From a virus: DNA of 64,000 nt. Positions 18,548 through 27,970 of the stretch are shown here, piece by piece. The stretch spans positions 1 through 64,000 of the IMG/VR virus record IMGVR_UViG_3300009314_000007; one strand, 5' to 3'. Every line of letters begins with the position of its first letter. Within the stretch, counting starts at the first letter, position 1. The position numbers and the translations under genes are program-made. The notes beneath the pieces were generated by a model that ran no database searches, was not told the origin of the DNA, and saw only the letters and a program-made list of their open reading frames with translations.

Positions 18548-18999
18548 TGAAAGTACAGGTACTACTGGTAGCGGAGATGGAGTTTTCGGGTGAGCCGGTT
18601 GAAGGCAGCCCGGAACTAGACAGCCTCGTACAGGAAAGGCTCGATGCTTTCCGCGAGGCGGTGCAGCTCGACGAGCACGGTATGACGCTCGCGAGGGCCA
18701 CGGAGGTCACGTTGATGCGGCACGGGCCGCACGGGCCAGGTCAGGGGCTTACGAGCTTCACTTTGCCACTCGTGATGAACGATGTGTTCGCAGTGCATGA
18801 GCGCTTCAACGGGTTTGAGTTGGAGCATTTGCCGTCAGGGGACACCCACTGGCTCAGTGATGGCGTGGACTGTATCTTCGACGAGAACGACAAGGCAATC
18901 TCGCCCGGGACCCCGGGTTTCGTGGAACTGTGGACGCACCACATGAACACTGATCCCGAGGTCATGGAGGCGTATTTCCCGCAATGGTTGGGGGACTAA
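18547..18999 (+). CDS. Hypothetical protein
   Basis: Translationally coupled ORF. Confidence 0.7.
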   Translation: MKVQVLLVAEMEFSGEPVEGSPELDSLVQERLDAFREAVQLDEHGMTLARATEVTLMRHGPHGPGQGLTSFTLPLVMNDVFAVHERFNGFELEHLPSGDTHWLSDGVDCIFDENDKAISPGTPGFVELWTHHMNTDPEVMEAYFPQWLGD

Positions 19000-19394
19000 T
19001 GGCAACTATCAAAGGCAAGAGGATCTTGGAGATCCACATCGAGCATAGTGGCATCGCGAGCGAGGTCTTGACCTCGCTACTGGGTGATTGTGCTATGAAG
19101 GTGAAAACCATGCTGCAAGAGGCCGAAGAGAGTATCGACTTGGAGCTACGCGAATTCACCTACTCGATCCTCGGTGACGGGGAAGAAGAGCAGGCGGTTG
19201 CGTCTGCGGAGATTTGGGGTATCCAGAACGAGGAGCTGGACGATCTCATGCACGACGTGGCAGCCGGTCACGCCAGCGCGATCAACAATGGCAGCGTGGA
19301 GGACCAGGTTCGCTTTCTGTGCCGCCAGCTCGGTGGCGTAGGCGTAATCAAGGCCCTCAAAGAAATCACGGAGAAACGAAAAGATGACCATTGA
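18999..19394 (+). CDS. Hypothetical protein
   Basis: TAATG coupling. Confidence 0.7.
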   Translation: MATIKGKRILEIHIEHSGIASEVLTSLLGDCAMKVKTMLQEAEESIDLELREFTYSILGDGEEEQAVASAEIWGIQNEELDDLMHDVAAGHASAINNGSVEDQVRFLCRQLGGVGVIKALKEITEKRKDDH

Positions 19395-20019
19395 ATTCCC
19401 GCCTCCCGATGCGACCGGAGTGGAGGGGTTCGCCCTGCACGTGGCATGGATGCCCAACAAGGACGGCCTTGTGGGCATGACCGTGGCCGACAAGGAGAAT
19501 CCGCCGACACTTGCGGCGCTGCGTTGCGGTTGTGAGTTTCTCATGTCGATTGTGGCCAAGCAGAGCAATGCCGGGTTCGAGGCGGCTCTGGATGACTTGG
19601 TCGCGGGCGCCATACGATGTCGAACAGTTGGCGAGCCCCCGGAAGAGCTGAAGCCCAAGGATCTGCGGGACTTTCACTTTGTCGTACAGCGAGATGGTGA
19701 GAGCACGTTTTGCATCGTGCGAGCGCAGACCAAGGACCAGATCGAGTCGGAAGGGCAGTTGCTGGAGGCGATCCAGCGGGCGGTGACGGATTGGATCGAC
19801 AATACCGAGGAGGGCAAGGCCGCGTTCCGCGAGAGAGGCTGGGGTCTGAACGTCGGCGATCTTGCCTCGTATCTGGGCGACGATTACCTGAAGGCGGCAC
19901 TCAAGGATCGTGGCGTCGAATACTTGAAGATGGAGACCCAGTTTGGCACCGAGCTGGAGGGGTGCTGGGACTTCGACACATACCTGTACGGTGTTGGAGG
20001 CTTTCCAGATGAGGATTAA
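19384..20019 (+). CDS. Hypothetical protein
   Basis: 211 aa overlapping ORF in operon. Confidence 0.7.
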   Translation: MTIEFPPPDATGVEGFALHVAWMPNKDGLVGMTVADKENPPTLAALRCGCEFLMSIVAKQSNAGFEAALDDLVAGAIRCRTVGEPPEELKPKDLRDFHFVVQRDGESTFCIVRAQTKDQIESEGQLLEAIQRAVTDWIDNTEEGKAAFRERGWGLNVGDLASYLGDDYLKAALKDRGVEYLKMETQFGTELEGCWDFDTYLYGVGGFPDED

Positions 20020-20860
20020 CGCCGAACTCGGTACGAGCGGGGAGTTTGTGGACTTCGAGCTGACCGACGACGCTGCGGCCGACGTGGCCGCCGCTGTCGA
20101 AAAGGAGCATCCCGGCGAGGACTACACTTCGAGTTGCGACATCTGCGCTGCGATGAAGGCGGGCTTTCCGTTCTCCGCAGCGCACTTGCTGCTGGGGGCG
20201 ACCGAGACTCCGCTGCTGGATGCGGTGACCAAGCATCACCACGACGCGATGTATGCGGAGGAGAAGAGCTGGCCCAGGGACTGGGACGAGTGGACCGCAC
20301 ACTTCGCGAAGACTCGCAGGCCGTGTATTTGCGGAGCCTACGTGGACAAAGAGTGTGAGAGCTGTAGCAATTGCCTGGCGAAGTTGGTGCCCATCACGAT
20401 GGATGCCGACAAGGCGATTCAGCCCAACGACACGGAGGTGTATCCGTGTCTCAAGCTCAACGTGCCGCAGTGGTACGAGCGAAAGGACTTCCAGAAGTGG
20501 CTCAACGACTTCGTGGACCCGCACGAGGGCAGGCGGCACGCCACCTGGCACCAGTTTGGGGAGCCTGGAGAGTACAGTGACATCTTTGTCACTTACGATC
20601 ACGGGGAGGGCTCGGACTTCGAGGAGATGCCCGGGGATTGCTGGGAGGACATCACGCGGGTCTGCAAGGAACAAGGGCTGGAGTACGCGGTGGTCTGGCT
20701 CACGAACCTGCCCACGGAGGCCCCGAAGCTGCCGGTGTACAAGCAGTACGAGGATGGACTTTGTCCCGACTGCCACGAAGAGATTCCGCTAGACGCGAAA
20801 GATGGCCACGAGTGCTCGAACTGCGGGCACGTTTTCTGGAGCAGTGAAGAAGATGGCTAA
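20009..20860 (+). CDS. Hypothetical protein with C-terminal zinc ribbon
   Basis: ggagg RBS; CPDC...CSNC and other Cys pairs. Confidence 0.7.
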   Translation: MRINAELGTSGEFVDFELTDDAAADVAAAVEKEHPGEDYTSSCDICAAMKAGFPFSAAHLLLGATETPLLDAVTKHHHDAMYAEEKSWPRDWDEWTAHFAKTRRPCICGAYVDKECESCSNCLAKLVPITMDADKAIQPNDTEVYPCLKLNVPQWYERKDFQKWLNDFVDPHEGRRHATWHQFGEPGEYSDIFVTYDHGEGSDFEEMPGDCWEDITRVCKEQGLEYAVVWLTNLPTEAPKLPVYKQYEDGLCPDCHEEIPLDAKDGHECSNCGHVFWSSEEDG

Positions 20861-21104
20861 GAGCGAGCACTCGCGAGAGCAGTTAGACAATTGGGAGCGG
20901 TGCGGCCGAGAGGTCGAAGCGATTCTGGAGGCCCTGGAAAGGCTAGAGCGATCCGGACACGTTGTGTGGGAGTCGATGGAACAACCCCGCAAGGTTGTGG
21001 CCGCGCTATACGATATAGACCTCGTGGCCCTGGACAAAGAGCGCCGCGAGGTACTGCGGCAAGCCCGGCAGCTACATGAAGAGACGGCGGGTGCCGATGG
21101 CTAA
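20853..21104 (+). CDS. Hypothetical protein
   Basis: Overlapping operon ORF. Confidence 0.6.
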   Translation: MAKSEHSREQLDNWERCGREVEAILEALERLERSGHVVWESMEQPRKVVAALYDIDLVALDKERREVLRQARQLHEETAGADG

Positions 21105-21390
21105 AAAGAAACCCGCCAAGATCAAGAGTGTGTGGGACAAGTCTTCGTGGCCCTGGTACGTGATGCTCCAGGTCAACGACACGACGCTACAAGGATTGTG
21201 GTTTAACAAGAGCCACGGAGGGCGAGGAGTTGGAATAGGTAGCTCGTCGTATTATACGAGCGACACGTTCAGCAACCAGTACGATTCGATGGCCGAGGCC
21301 AAGGAGCACACCATGCAGTTAGCCAGGGAGGGCTATTGGGGTGAGGTGATCCGAGAGGCTGTAACAGGAGAAACCAATGAAGATTCCTGA
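21097..21390 (+). CDS. Hypothetical protein
   Basis: Overlapping operon ORF. Confidence 0.6.
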   Translation: MAKKKPAKIKSVWDKSSWPWYVMLQVNDTTLQGLWFNKSHGGRGVGIGSSSYYTSDTFSNQYDSMAEAKEHTMQLAREGYWGEVIREAVTGETNEDS

Positions 21391-21886
21391 TGAGGATTGG
21401 GTAGAGAAGCAGGTCATGGAGCGCCTGGCCCTGGTTGGAATGGGAGAGCCATTTACTTGGCGGCTCTGGCCCTTCGACGATCCGGAAACTTGCCCGCCGG
21501 ATAAGCTGAGCTGGTGTGTGGACATCTACGAACTCCCCACGGAATTTGTCGGCGGGAAGGACGATGGCGCGGAAGTCTATTCCGGGTTTACGACAGAGTT
21601 GACGACACTGATTGCGGCCATGAAACCGGAAGAAGACTCTGAACACGTTGAAGTGGGTTTGCACTGCGATGTTAGTGGCACCGATACGCCATTCGTGTGC
21701 ATCGGTGGCATTCTCGATGGAGTTCGCGTCTACGTGCAGGTGCATACTGCGCCCTCGCCGGAACTCAAAGCAGGACGGCAGATGTACGAAGACCATAGCT
21801 TCTCGTACATCGACCCCGACGCTGCGGACGAAGACAGTGACGATGACGAGGAGGAGGACCCGGAGATTCCGAATGAAACCGTTTGA
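21377..21886 (+). CDS. Hypothetical acidic protein
   Basis: aggag RBS. Confidence 0.7.
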   Translation: MKIPDEDWVEKQVMERLALVGMGEPFTWRLWPFDDPETCPPDKLSWCVDIYELPTEFVGGKDDGAEVYSGFTTELTTLIAAMKPEEDSEHVEVGLHCDVSGTDTPFVCIGGILDGVRVYVQVHTAPSPELKAGRQMYEDHSFSYIDPDAADEDSDDDEEEDPEIPNETV

Positions 21887-22175
21887 CCTATGGCCCAAAT
21901 GGGCCGCCAACAAGGCAATGGAGGAAGGCTGGATTCTCACGAACGATTCCAGCGGAAGGGTTACGATCTCCCGGCTCGACGCGCCGGGAGACGTGGAAGG
22001 GCTTGGTTTCACCGAACCCAAGTTCAAAGACGATGCGGCAGCCAATCACCATGTGGCATCGTACGCGGCTGGGGGGAGTTTCCTGCACCTACTCGCGATT
22101 TGGTTGCAGGGGTACAGAGTGGACGACGAGACGGAGGTGTTGCCTCCGCATGTCTGGCGCGTACAGCAGATGTGA
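21873..22175 (+). CDS. Hypothetical protein
   Basis: ggag RBS before ATG 21873. Confidence 0.6.
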   Translation: MKPFDLWPKWAANKAMEEGWILTNDSSGRVTISRLDAPGDVEGLGFTEPKFKDDAAANHHVASYAAGGSFLHLLAIWLQGYRVDDETEVLPPHVWRVQQM

Positions 22176-22232
22176 GGCTGAAAGATACGGGGAAGACATC
22201 AGAACATTGGAGGCCTAAGAAAGTGAGTCCCC

Positions 22233-22916
22233 TTGATTCAAAATGGCAATCAGAAACTGGGTAAGTTGATTTGGGGCTGGAGCATTCCGCCCGACATCAC
22301 CTGCCCTGGCGCGTCGCCTACCTGCAAGGAGCTTTGCTACGGTTGCGAGGGTCGTTACTATCTCCCGCGAGTGCAGCAAGCCCTGGCCAGAAATCTGAAG
22401 GCGAGCAAGGAAAAAGAGTTCGTTCCGTGGATGGTCCACGAGATACGCGAGAACTTCGTTCGGGTCTTTCGCCCGCACGTGGTTGGTGACTTCTACAACG
22501 AACGCTACGTTCGGAAGTGGATCAGGATCGTCAAACGCAGTCGAGAGACCGAGTTCTTCACGTACACGCGGACGTGGGCCGTCCCCGACTACTTCGACGC
22601 TATCGTCGAGCTTGGACGGCAGCCCAACATGCAATTGTGGCTGAGCTTTGATCGGGACATGGCGGTCCCACCGAGGCTCAAGGGTTTTAGGCGGTGCTAT
22701 CTGGCCGCTGACGACGAAGATCATCCGCCGCAGAAAGTGGATCTGGTCTTCCGAGATTATCGGCGCACGGTAATGAAACGAGCGAAGTATCGTGTGCTCG
22801 TTTGCCCGTACGATAACGGGGTAACCAATACGACCTGTTCCAAGTGTGGAATCTGTTGGAGGAAAGCAGATGAGTGCAAGTGTAAAACAGCCTCGCGCCA
22901 AGTCGCCCGAGGCTAA
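22233..22916 (+). CDS. Gp88-like protein (radical-SAM-related Cys motif)
   Basis: GNQKLG, TCPGASPTCKELCY, FRPHVVGDF, YTR and C-terminal CSKCGIC motifs typical of phage gp88 family. Confidence 0.75.
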   Translation: MIQNGNQKLGKLIWGWSIPPDITCPGASPTCKELCYGCEGRYYLPRVQQALARNLKASKEKEFVPWMVHEIRENFVRVFRPHVVGDFYNERYVRKWIRIVKRSRETEFFTYTRTWAVPDYFDAIVELGRQPNMQLWLSFDRDMAVPPRLKGFRRCYLAADDEDHPPQKVDLVFRDYRRTVMKRAKYRVLVCPYDNGVTNTTCSKCGICWRKADECKCKTASRQVARG

Positions 22917-23079
22917 ACGAGCTGCCAAGATCCGTCGTCAGGGCTTCGACAAGTCTTACGTGACGGAGGATGGCTACGTTCGTGTCTGGTGCAGTCAATG
23001 TGAAGCGCTGGTTATCAATGGGCAGCCCTCTCACGAACTCGGTTGTCCAAATGCGAGGAAGACAGCATGTCAAATCTGA
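22870..23079 (+). CDS. Small Zn-binding hypothetical protein
   Basis: CSQCEALVING..HELGCPN motif. Confidence 0.6.
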   Translation: MSASVKQPRAKSPEAKRAAKIRRQGFDKSYVTEDGYVRVWCSQCEALVINGQPSHELGCPNARKTACQI

Positions 23080-23438
23080 TCGGAACCGACGTAAGCATAG
23101 CCGAGTGTCGCAAGTCCGGATACGTGGTGCTTGATCGCCAGGGACTGGTGGATCGGAAAGGAGTGCTCGATAAGGACAAGCTGGTTCACGTCACCATTTC
23201 CAATCCCATGTTTTGGGACTGTAACGGCCACAACGAACCGGGGGTCTCCAAACAAGATCTGTACGTTTACGACAACTGGACCAGCTTCAGCGCCGTGCTG
23301 GCGCAATTCAGGGACGCTGGAGAGTCCATCAAGAGCTTTTGCGACTGGGAGAACTGCCCTATCGAACTTGAAAACCCGACCCCGTGGGACATGGCCCATC
23401 TGATTCAGACGGTTCATGCTCACAGTGGTCTCGAATAA
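23067..23438 (+). CDS. Hypothetical protein
   Basis: gagga RBS. Confidence 0.65.
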   Translation: MSNLIGTDVSIAECRKSGYVVLDRQGLVDRKGVLDKDKLVHVTISNPMFWDCNGHNEPGVSKQDLYVYDNWTSFSAVLAQFRDAGESIKSFCDWENCPIELENPTPWDMAHLIQTVHAHSGLE

Positions 23439-23449
23439 CGGAGGACAGC

Positions 23450-23854
23450 GTGGCAATAATCACGTACGCCCAGATACGGGAGAAGATGAACGGTGAGTCC
23501 TTTCCAATGACGCTCGTCGATAAGGACGAGGTTGCGGCCGTGGCAGAGGCGGTAAACCAGGGCATCGACTCGCACCTGGAGATCTGCAACTCCCCGGAGC
23601 GGGGAGACAGCTACGGACCCGTGGACACGATGGTTGGCGGCAAGGTGTTTGCTCGCAAGCTGGGCTGCGTCGTGTCGAAAGAGAGCTTCCCGACGCTGCT
23701 GCGGCGTCTTTGCGAGCTGAGAGACAAGGATAACGATGCCGCCGACTCGCTGTTGAGCAGCATCCTGGACTCCTTGGACTTCACGGAAGAAGAGACGTGT
23801 TGTGGTTGCTTTGACATCATTTCACCGGTAGACGAAGAGGAGAGCGATGTTTGA
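23450..23854 (+). CDS. Hypothetical protein
   Basis: ggagg RBS before GTG 23450. Confidence 0.65.
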   Translation: MAIITYAQIREKMNGESFPMTLVDKDEVAAVAEAVNQGIDSHLEICNSPERGDSYGPVDTMVGGKVFARKLGCVVSKESFPTLLRRLCELRDKDNDAADSLLSSILDSLDFTEEETCCGCFDIISPVDEEESDV

Positions 23855-24302
23855 ATCCGATATGTTTGAATCCGATGAGGTCCTCGACCAATCAGTCAAG
23901 GAGTTGGGGTTGGGCTGCCGAGCAAGAAAGGCTCTGGTTCGACTTGGCATAGGAACCGTTCGGGAGCTGGTCGAACAGTCCGAGGAAGCGTTTGATTATT
24001 GTCGGAACTTCGGCAAGGTTTCTCTCAACGAAATTCGTGAGAGGCTTGGAGAGCGCGGATTGCACTTGAAGGGGGAGGAGATCTGCTTGCCTGGAGCCGC
24101 GGACTTGTCATCGCTCGCGACTTGGTGTCGTATCGCGGTTCACATGGACCCCGCTCAAGAGCTTGCTCGGAAACTGCAAGCCCTGGGAGTGACGGAGCCG
24201 CAGTTGCATGAAGCGCTCAAGGGGGAGGATCTTGGTACGATTCCTGAGCCTTTCAAGACGACCCTGTTCAACCACTTTCGAGATCTCACGAGAAAGAAGT
24301 AA
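23847..24302 (+). CDS. Stand-alone RNA polymerase alpha C-terminal domain-like protein
   Basis: LDQSVKELGLGCRARKALVRLGIGTVRELV...RNFGKVSLNEI matches alpha-CTD consensus; 15-bp duplication encodes MFESD twice. Confidence 0.85.
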   Translation: MFESDMFESDEVLDQSVKELGLGCRARKALVRLGIGTVRELVEQSEEAFDYCRNFGKVSLNEIRERLGERGLHLKGEEICLPGAADLSSLATWCRIAVHMDPAQELARKLQALGVTEPQLHEALKGEDLGTIPEPFKTTLFNHFRDLTRKK

Positions 24303-24321
24303 GTATGGCAAAGGAGGACAC

Positions 24322-24591
24322 ATGAAGCGGTTTCGTCAGCTAATTTTCAGCAGAACGTATACGACCTCGGGCGAGAAGCGCGAGTTGGATTCTACGCTTC
24401 GTGCTTCTTTGCTTGGTGGCACAAGCAGCAAAGTGGGAGAGCCGGATGAGTTTTTCGCTACCGATATTGTCGAATTGGAGACACACGATGCGGTAGACGA
24501 CGAGCCCGACCGCGTAATAGTAGAATTGGAAGATTTGAGAGAGATTGTTCGTCGGGCCGATGCGCAGCTTAAACTAAAGGAGGACACATGA
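24322..24591 (+). CDS. Hypothetical protein
   Basis: aaggagg RBS. Confidence 0.65.
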   Translation: MKRFRQLIFSRTYTTSGEKRELDSTLRASLLGGTSSKVGEPDEFFATDIVELETHDAVDDEPDRVIVELEDLREIVRRADAQLKLKEDT

Positions 24592-25589
24592 AACTAACAG
24601 CTCAAGATTGTTCCGACGTGCGGAGACTTATTGATACTGTCAATCGAGCGCATGCGGACTCCCGCGCGTTCGCTGGGGGTCTTCAAACGTTTGCTTGGCT
24701 AGTGGAGCAACGACTCGCTGAGATTGCTGCTTCTTCGGAAATGCGAGAGCGGTTCCAGGATAAGAGGCTGCTTGCGGCTTTGTGGGAGAAGTGCCAGCAG
24801 ACCGGGGGATTTTCTCTGGAAGAGGTGCTCAAGGCGGCACGGGAAGAGCCGCCGGAGACCGGTGACCTGCGATCTGATTTGGGACTGACCGCGGATGGTC
24901 ATGTGCCCTACGAGCTGCCCGGGGCGCCCAACACGTCCGAGGTGATAGTCACTCTCAGTGTGGACCAGGGCCCGATCGCGCCGCACAAGGACTGCGATGG
25001 GATGTGGACGCCGTATTCGTTTAACACGAATCACAACAACTTCAAGCACCCGAATGACCCGTACTTACTGATTAGCCAGGACGGCACTTCGGGCTACCCG
25101 GGACTGAAACTGAAGCTCGACGAAGGGCTGGCATTCGTGCTGGGTTACTACGAGCATGGCCAGTGTCGCTGGTTTGTCACTGGCGAGGGGCCGCCCGGAT
25201 CGGACTGTCCTTGGGACGGTGTTTCTGTGGCAGGTGTGCTCATCTGGGAGCACGACGCCGACGATATGGGCGCCAAGACCTACGAGGACCGGAAGAAGGA
25301 CGCCGCGAGGTTCCTGGAGATCTACACGGACTGGTGTAACGGCTCGGTGTACTGCATCGCCGTGAAGAAAGACGGCGAGGAGGTCGATGGCTGTTGTGGT
25401 ATCTTCGACTCCGAGCTGGATTATTACATGAAGGAGATGGTTCATCCGCACACGAGGGGAGTGGACCCGGACAACGTAACCGTGGAGGGAGATGCAAATT
25501 GGTTAGCACAGTATCACGAGGTAACGCCCGAGATACCAGCGACGGCGGGAAGAGGCGAGCCCGCGAATGTGAGCAGAATACCCCGTTAG
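24588..25589 (+). CDS. Hypothetical protein
   Basis: aaggagg RBS, 333 aa; possible frameshifted continuation to 25846. Confidence 0.75.
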   Translation: MKLTAQDCSDVRRLIDTVNRAHADSRAFAGGLQTFAWLVEQRLAEIAASSEMRERFQDKRLLAALWEKCQQTGGFSLEEVLKAAREEPPETGDLRSDLGLTADGHVPYELPGAPNTSEVIVTLSVDQGPIAPHKDCDGMWTPYSFNTNHNNFKHPNDPYLLISQDGTSGYPGLKLKLDEGLAFVLGYYEHGQCRWFVTGEGPPGSDCPWDGVSVAGVLIWEHDADDMGAKTYEDRKKDAARFLEIYTDWCNGSVYCIAVKKDGEEVDGCCGIFDSELDYYMKEMVHPHTRGVDPDNVTVEGDANWLAQYHEVTPEIPATAGRGEPANVSRIPR

Positions 25590-25826
25590 TCAAGCTCCGC
25601 AAGGACGCGACGGGGCCGGACGACTGGGGCGAGCCCCGGGACGTTCGGTTGCAACTACGGGCGAAGGATTCGGAGACCGGGCGGACCATCAACTTCGAGG
25701 AGTTGGGTGATGGCGATTGGGGTACGTATCTGGGCAAGCACGGCGGCAAGCACGTCGTGATGCTGCTCAGTGTGTTGTTTAATGTGCTGGGCGTTGCCGA
25801 GTACGACACTGTGGAGGACATGAAAC

Positions 25827-26078
25827 ATGAGTGGTGCCTCGACTAAGAAAAAAGAATTCTACCGTACGGTAGTTGAAGTAGAGATCCTCAGCCGCGGTCC
25901 GTACGACCCGGACACACTGGAGGAGGTTAGCCACGACATCACGAAAGGTGATTGTTCCGGCAGTTGGGCGATTAAAACTAGCGAAGAAGTGCCCGAAGAG
26001 GAAATGGCCGAGTTGTTAGTGGAGCAGGGAAGCGACCCGGCATTCTTGTTTGGTATGGATGAAGACGATGAGCAGTAA
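25827..26078 (+). CDS. Hypothetical acidic protein
   Basis: Overlapping operon ORF. Confidence 0.65.
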   Translation: MSGASTKKKEFYRTVVEVEILSRGPYDPDTLEEVSHDITKGDCSGSWAIKTSEEVPEEEMAELLVEQGSDPAFLFGMDEDDEQ

Positions 26079-26726
26079 ATCCGCTAAACCCGGCTGGGAA
26101 AAGGCTCGACCGAAGGGCGGCCACCTGATTCACGCGAAAGTGAAGGATCGGTGGCATGCCATGTGCGGCTTTACTCCTTCGGCTCCGAAAGCCTTCCTGA
26201 TGAAGGATCGGAGCGGGTGGCGGCGACCTGATAATCAGGAAGACTACAAAGTGACATGCCAGGAGTGCCTCAAGCAGCTCCAGGTGGAAAAAGAATCGCG
26301 GCAACAAATGGCGGCCGAGCGGCGAAAAGCCGTGAAGCTCTTACGTGACACCAAGATCCTTCTAGGGAAGATCCCATGTGCGAAGAAGAAACCAAAAAAG
26401 GAGTATCCCAGGCGTACATTGTCGCGGAGACGCTCGCAGAGGAGTTCGCTGAGCGCACCGCAGGAATGACGAGGGAGGAGATCTGGGAAGTAGCGGACGT
26501 GCTGCTCTCGCACTGTGTGGGGGTGCAGGAGTTGCTCGACGACGGGGAAACTGAGGAACACATACTCGCCGACCCCGCGTATGGCGAGCCAGTATGGAGT
26601 GCGAGGTCTCCGCCCTCCTCTCTCAAGGTGCAGGGACTGGAAACGAGGCGCTTTTCTTGCAAGCACCCCAACAAGACGAATATAAGCAAGCAACGTACGG
26701 AGGACAATCCGCGTGACCAAGGATAA
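26068..26726 (+). CDS. Hypothetical protein(s); two ORFs (26068-26469, 26376-26726) possibly one frameshifted gene
   Basis: Coding sense switches at atcccatg near 26375. Confidence 0.5.
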
Positions 26727-27339
26727 GATCCCGATGGGGAGAGTTCAGAAGTTTAGCCAGTGCTTCGTGGTGCTGGCTAGGGCAAACAAGCCCAATCGTA
26801 ACGGGGACATCTTCACGGAAGAAGCGCTAAGAACCATGGCATGGGACAACCGTGACAGTGGGCTCCTCTATTTTGAACACAAGCAGGAGTTGGTATGTCG
26901 TCAACACAAACTGCCGGAATCGCTGCTAAAAGAGTTGGGCCTTTCCGTGGAGTCGCCTTTGACCGCATCATTGCGTTCGACACGGAAAGACCGGGCCAAG
27001 AAGCGAGGCAGGAGCCGGGGGAAGGCGAAGCCAAAGCCCGAACCGAAACTGGAGTCGGAGCTGGAATTGGAGCCGGAAGAAAAGCTGGAGGAGAAGCCGG
27101 AGGAGAAGCCGGAGGAGAAGCCGGAGGAGAAGCCGGAGGAGAAGCCGGAGGAGAAGCCGGAGAAGAAGTCGAAAATGAAGGCGGAGATCGCCGCGGAATC
27201 GGCCAACGCGAAACAGAAGGCCAAGGACTTCCAGGCTCGGCTGGACGCGATGGGGGTGAAGGAATCCGGCGATTCCGAGTCGTCACCTACCAAGCCTACG
27301 ACGCCTGCGGACTTGTCGGAACCGAGCACAACGGCGTAG
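26713..27339 (+). CDS. Hypothetical protein with (EEKP)6 repeat; probable frameshifted continuation to 27515
   Basis: ggagg RBS; second-frame domain RFRVVTYQAYDA... has no nearby start codon. Confidence 0.6.
   Translation: MTKDKIPMGRVQKFSQCFVVLARANKPNRNGDIFTEEALRTMAWDNRDSGLLYFEHKQELVCRQHKLPESLLKELGLSVESPLTASLRSTRKDRAKKRGRSRGKAKPKPEPKLESELELEPEEKLEEKPEEKPEEKPEEKPEEKPEEKPEKKSKMKAEIAAESANAKQKAKDFQARLDAMGVKESGDSESSPTKPTTPADLSEPSTTA
27088..27159 (+). repeat. Perfect 12-bp tandem repeat x6 (gaggagaagccg)
   Basis: Directly visible. Confidence 0.95.
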
Positions 27340-27511
27340 CGATCCTCGACGAGGACAATGCGCAAGTCCTCTGCGACGACATCGCCCGCGTGGATAGCGG
27401 TTGGTACGGGATCAAACCCGCGCAGACCAAGGAGGCGGAACGAATCTGCCGGATGACCTGGGAGGAGTTTCGCAATAACGTTAATGGAAACCCGAGAGCG
27501 AGACAGGAGAT

Positions 27512-27970
27512 ATGACATCACCAACGACGATAAAGGCGGGCGATCTCTTTGTCACTCGCAACTTGACCGAGGTGGGGAACACCTCGCCCGGTTATTGGAA
27601 CCACGTGGCCATCTACGCTGGTGATGGTATTGTGGTAGAGGCCCAGACCGCTCCAGACATGGTCATTGGAGCTGATTTGGAGGAGTTCTGGAATCGCTAC
27701 CCGCAGATCCGTGTCGTGCGGGGACCCGGTACGCCAGCGCAACAGGAGGCTCTGGCAGCCAAGGCCCTGGAACAGCGAGGCACCCCGTATCGGCGGGTGG
27801 GGAGCCTGCACTGGTTCTTCACACGAAGAAAGAGCCGCGGCGAGAATTGCGTAAGCACCGCCCGCCGGGCGTTCAAGACCGCGATGGGCTACGACCCGAG
27901 ATGGCGCAAGCCTGACGACGTGGCCCGGGACAGGCGGCTTGTGTTGGTCACTGCCAAGGACCCGGGTTAG
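27512..27970 (+). CDS. Permuted papain-like NlpC/P60 (YiiX/YebB-like) enzyme
   Basis: AGDLF, WNHVAIY..VVEA, GTPY and later NCVS: His before Cys as in permuted NlpC/P60. Confidence 0.75.
   Translation: MTSPTTIKAGDLFVTRNLTEVGNTSPGYWNHVAIYAGDGIVVEAQTAPDMVIGADLEEFWNRYPQIRVVRGPGTPAQQEALAAKALEQRGTPYRRVGSLHWFFTRRKSRGENCVSTARRAFKTAMGYDPRWRKPDDVARDRRLVLVTAKDPG

Noticed and set aside
23847-23876. 15-bp direct repeat as a target-site duplication
   Set aside because: Copies are adjacent with nothing inserted; simple in-frame duplication
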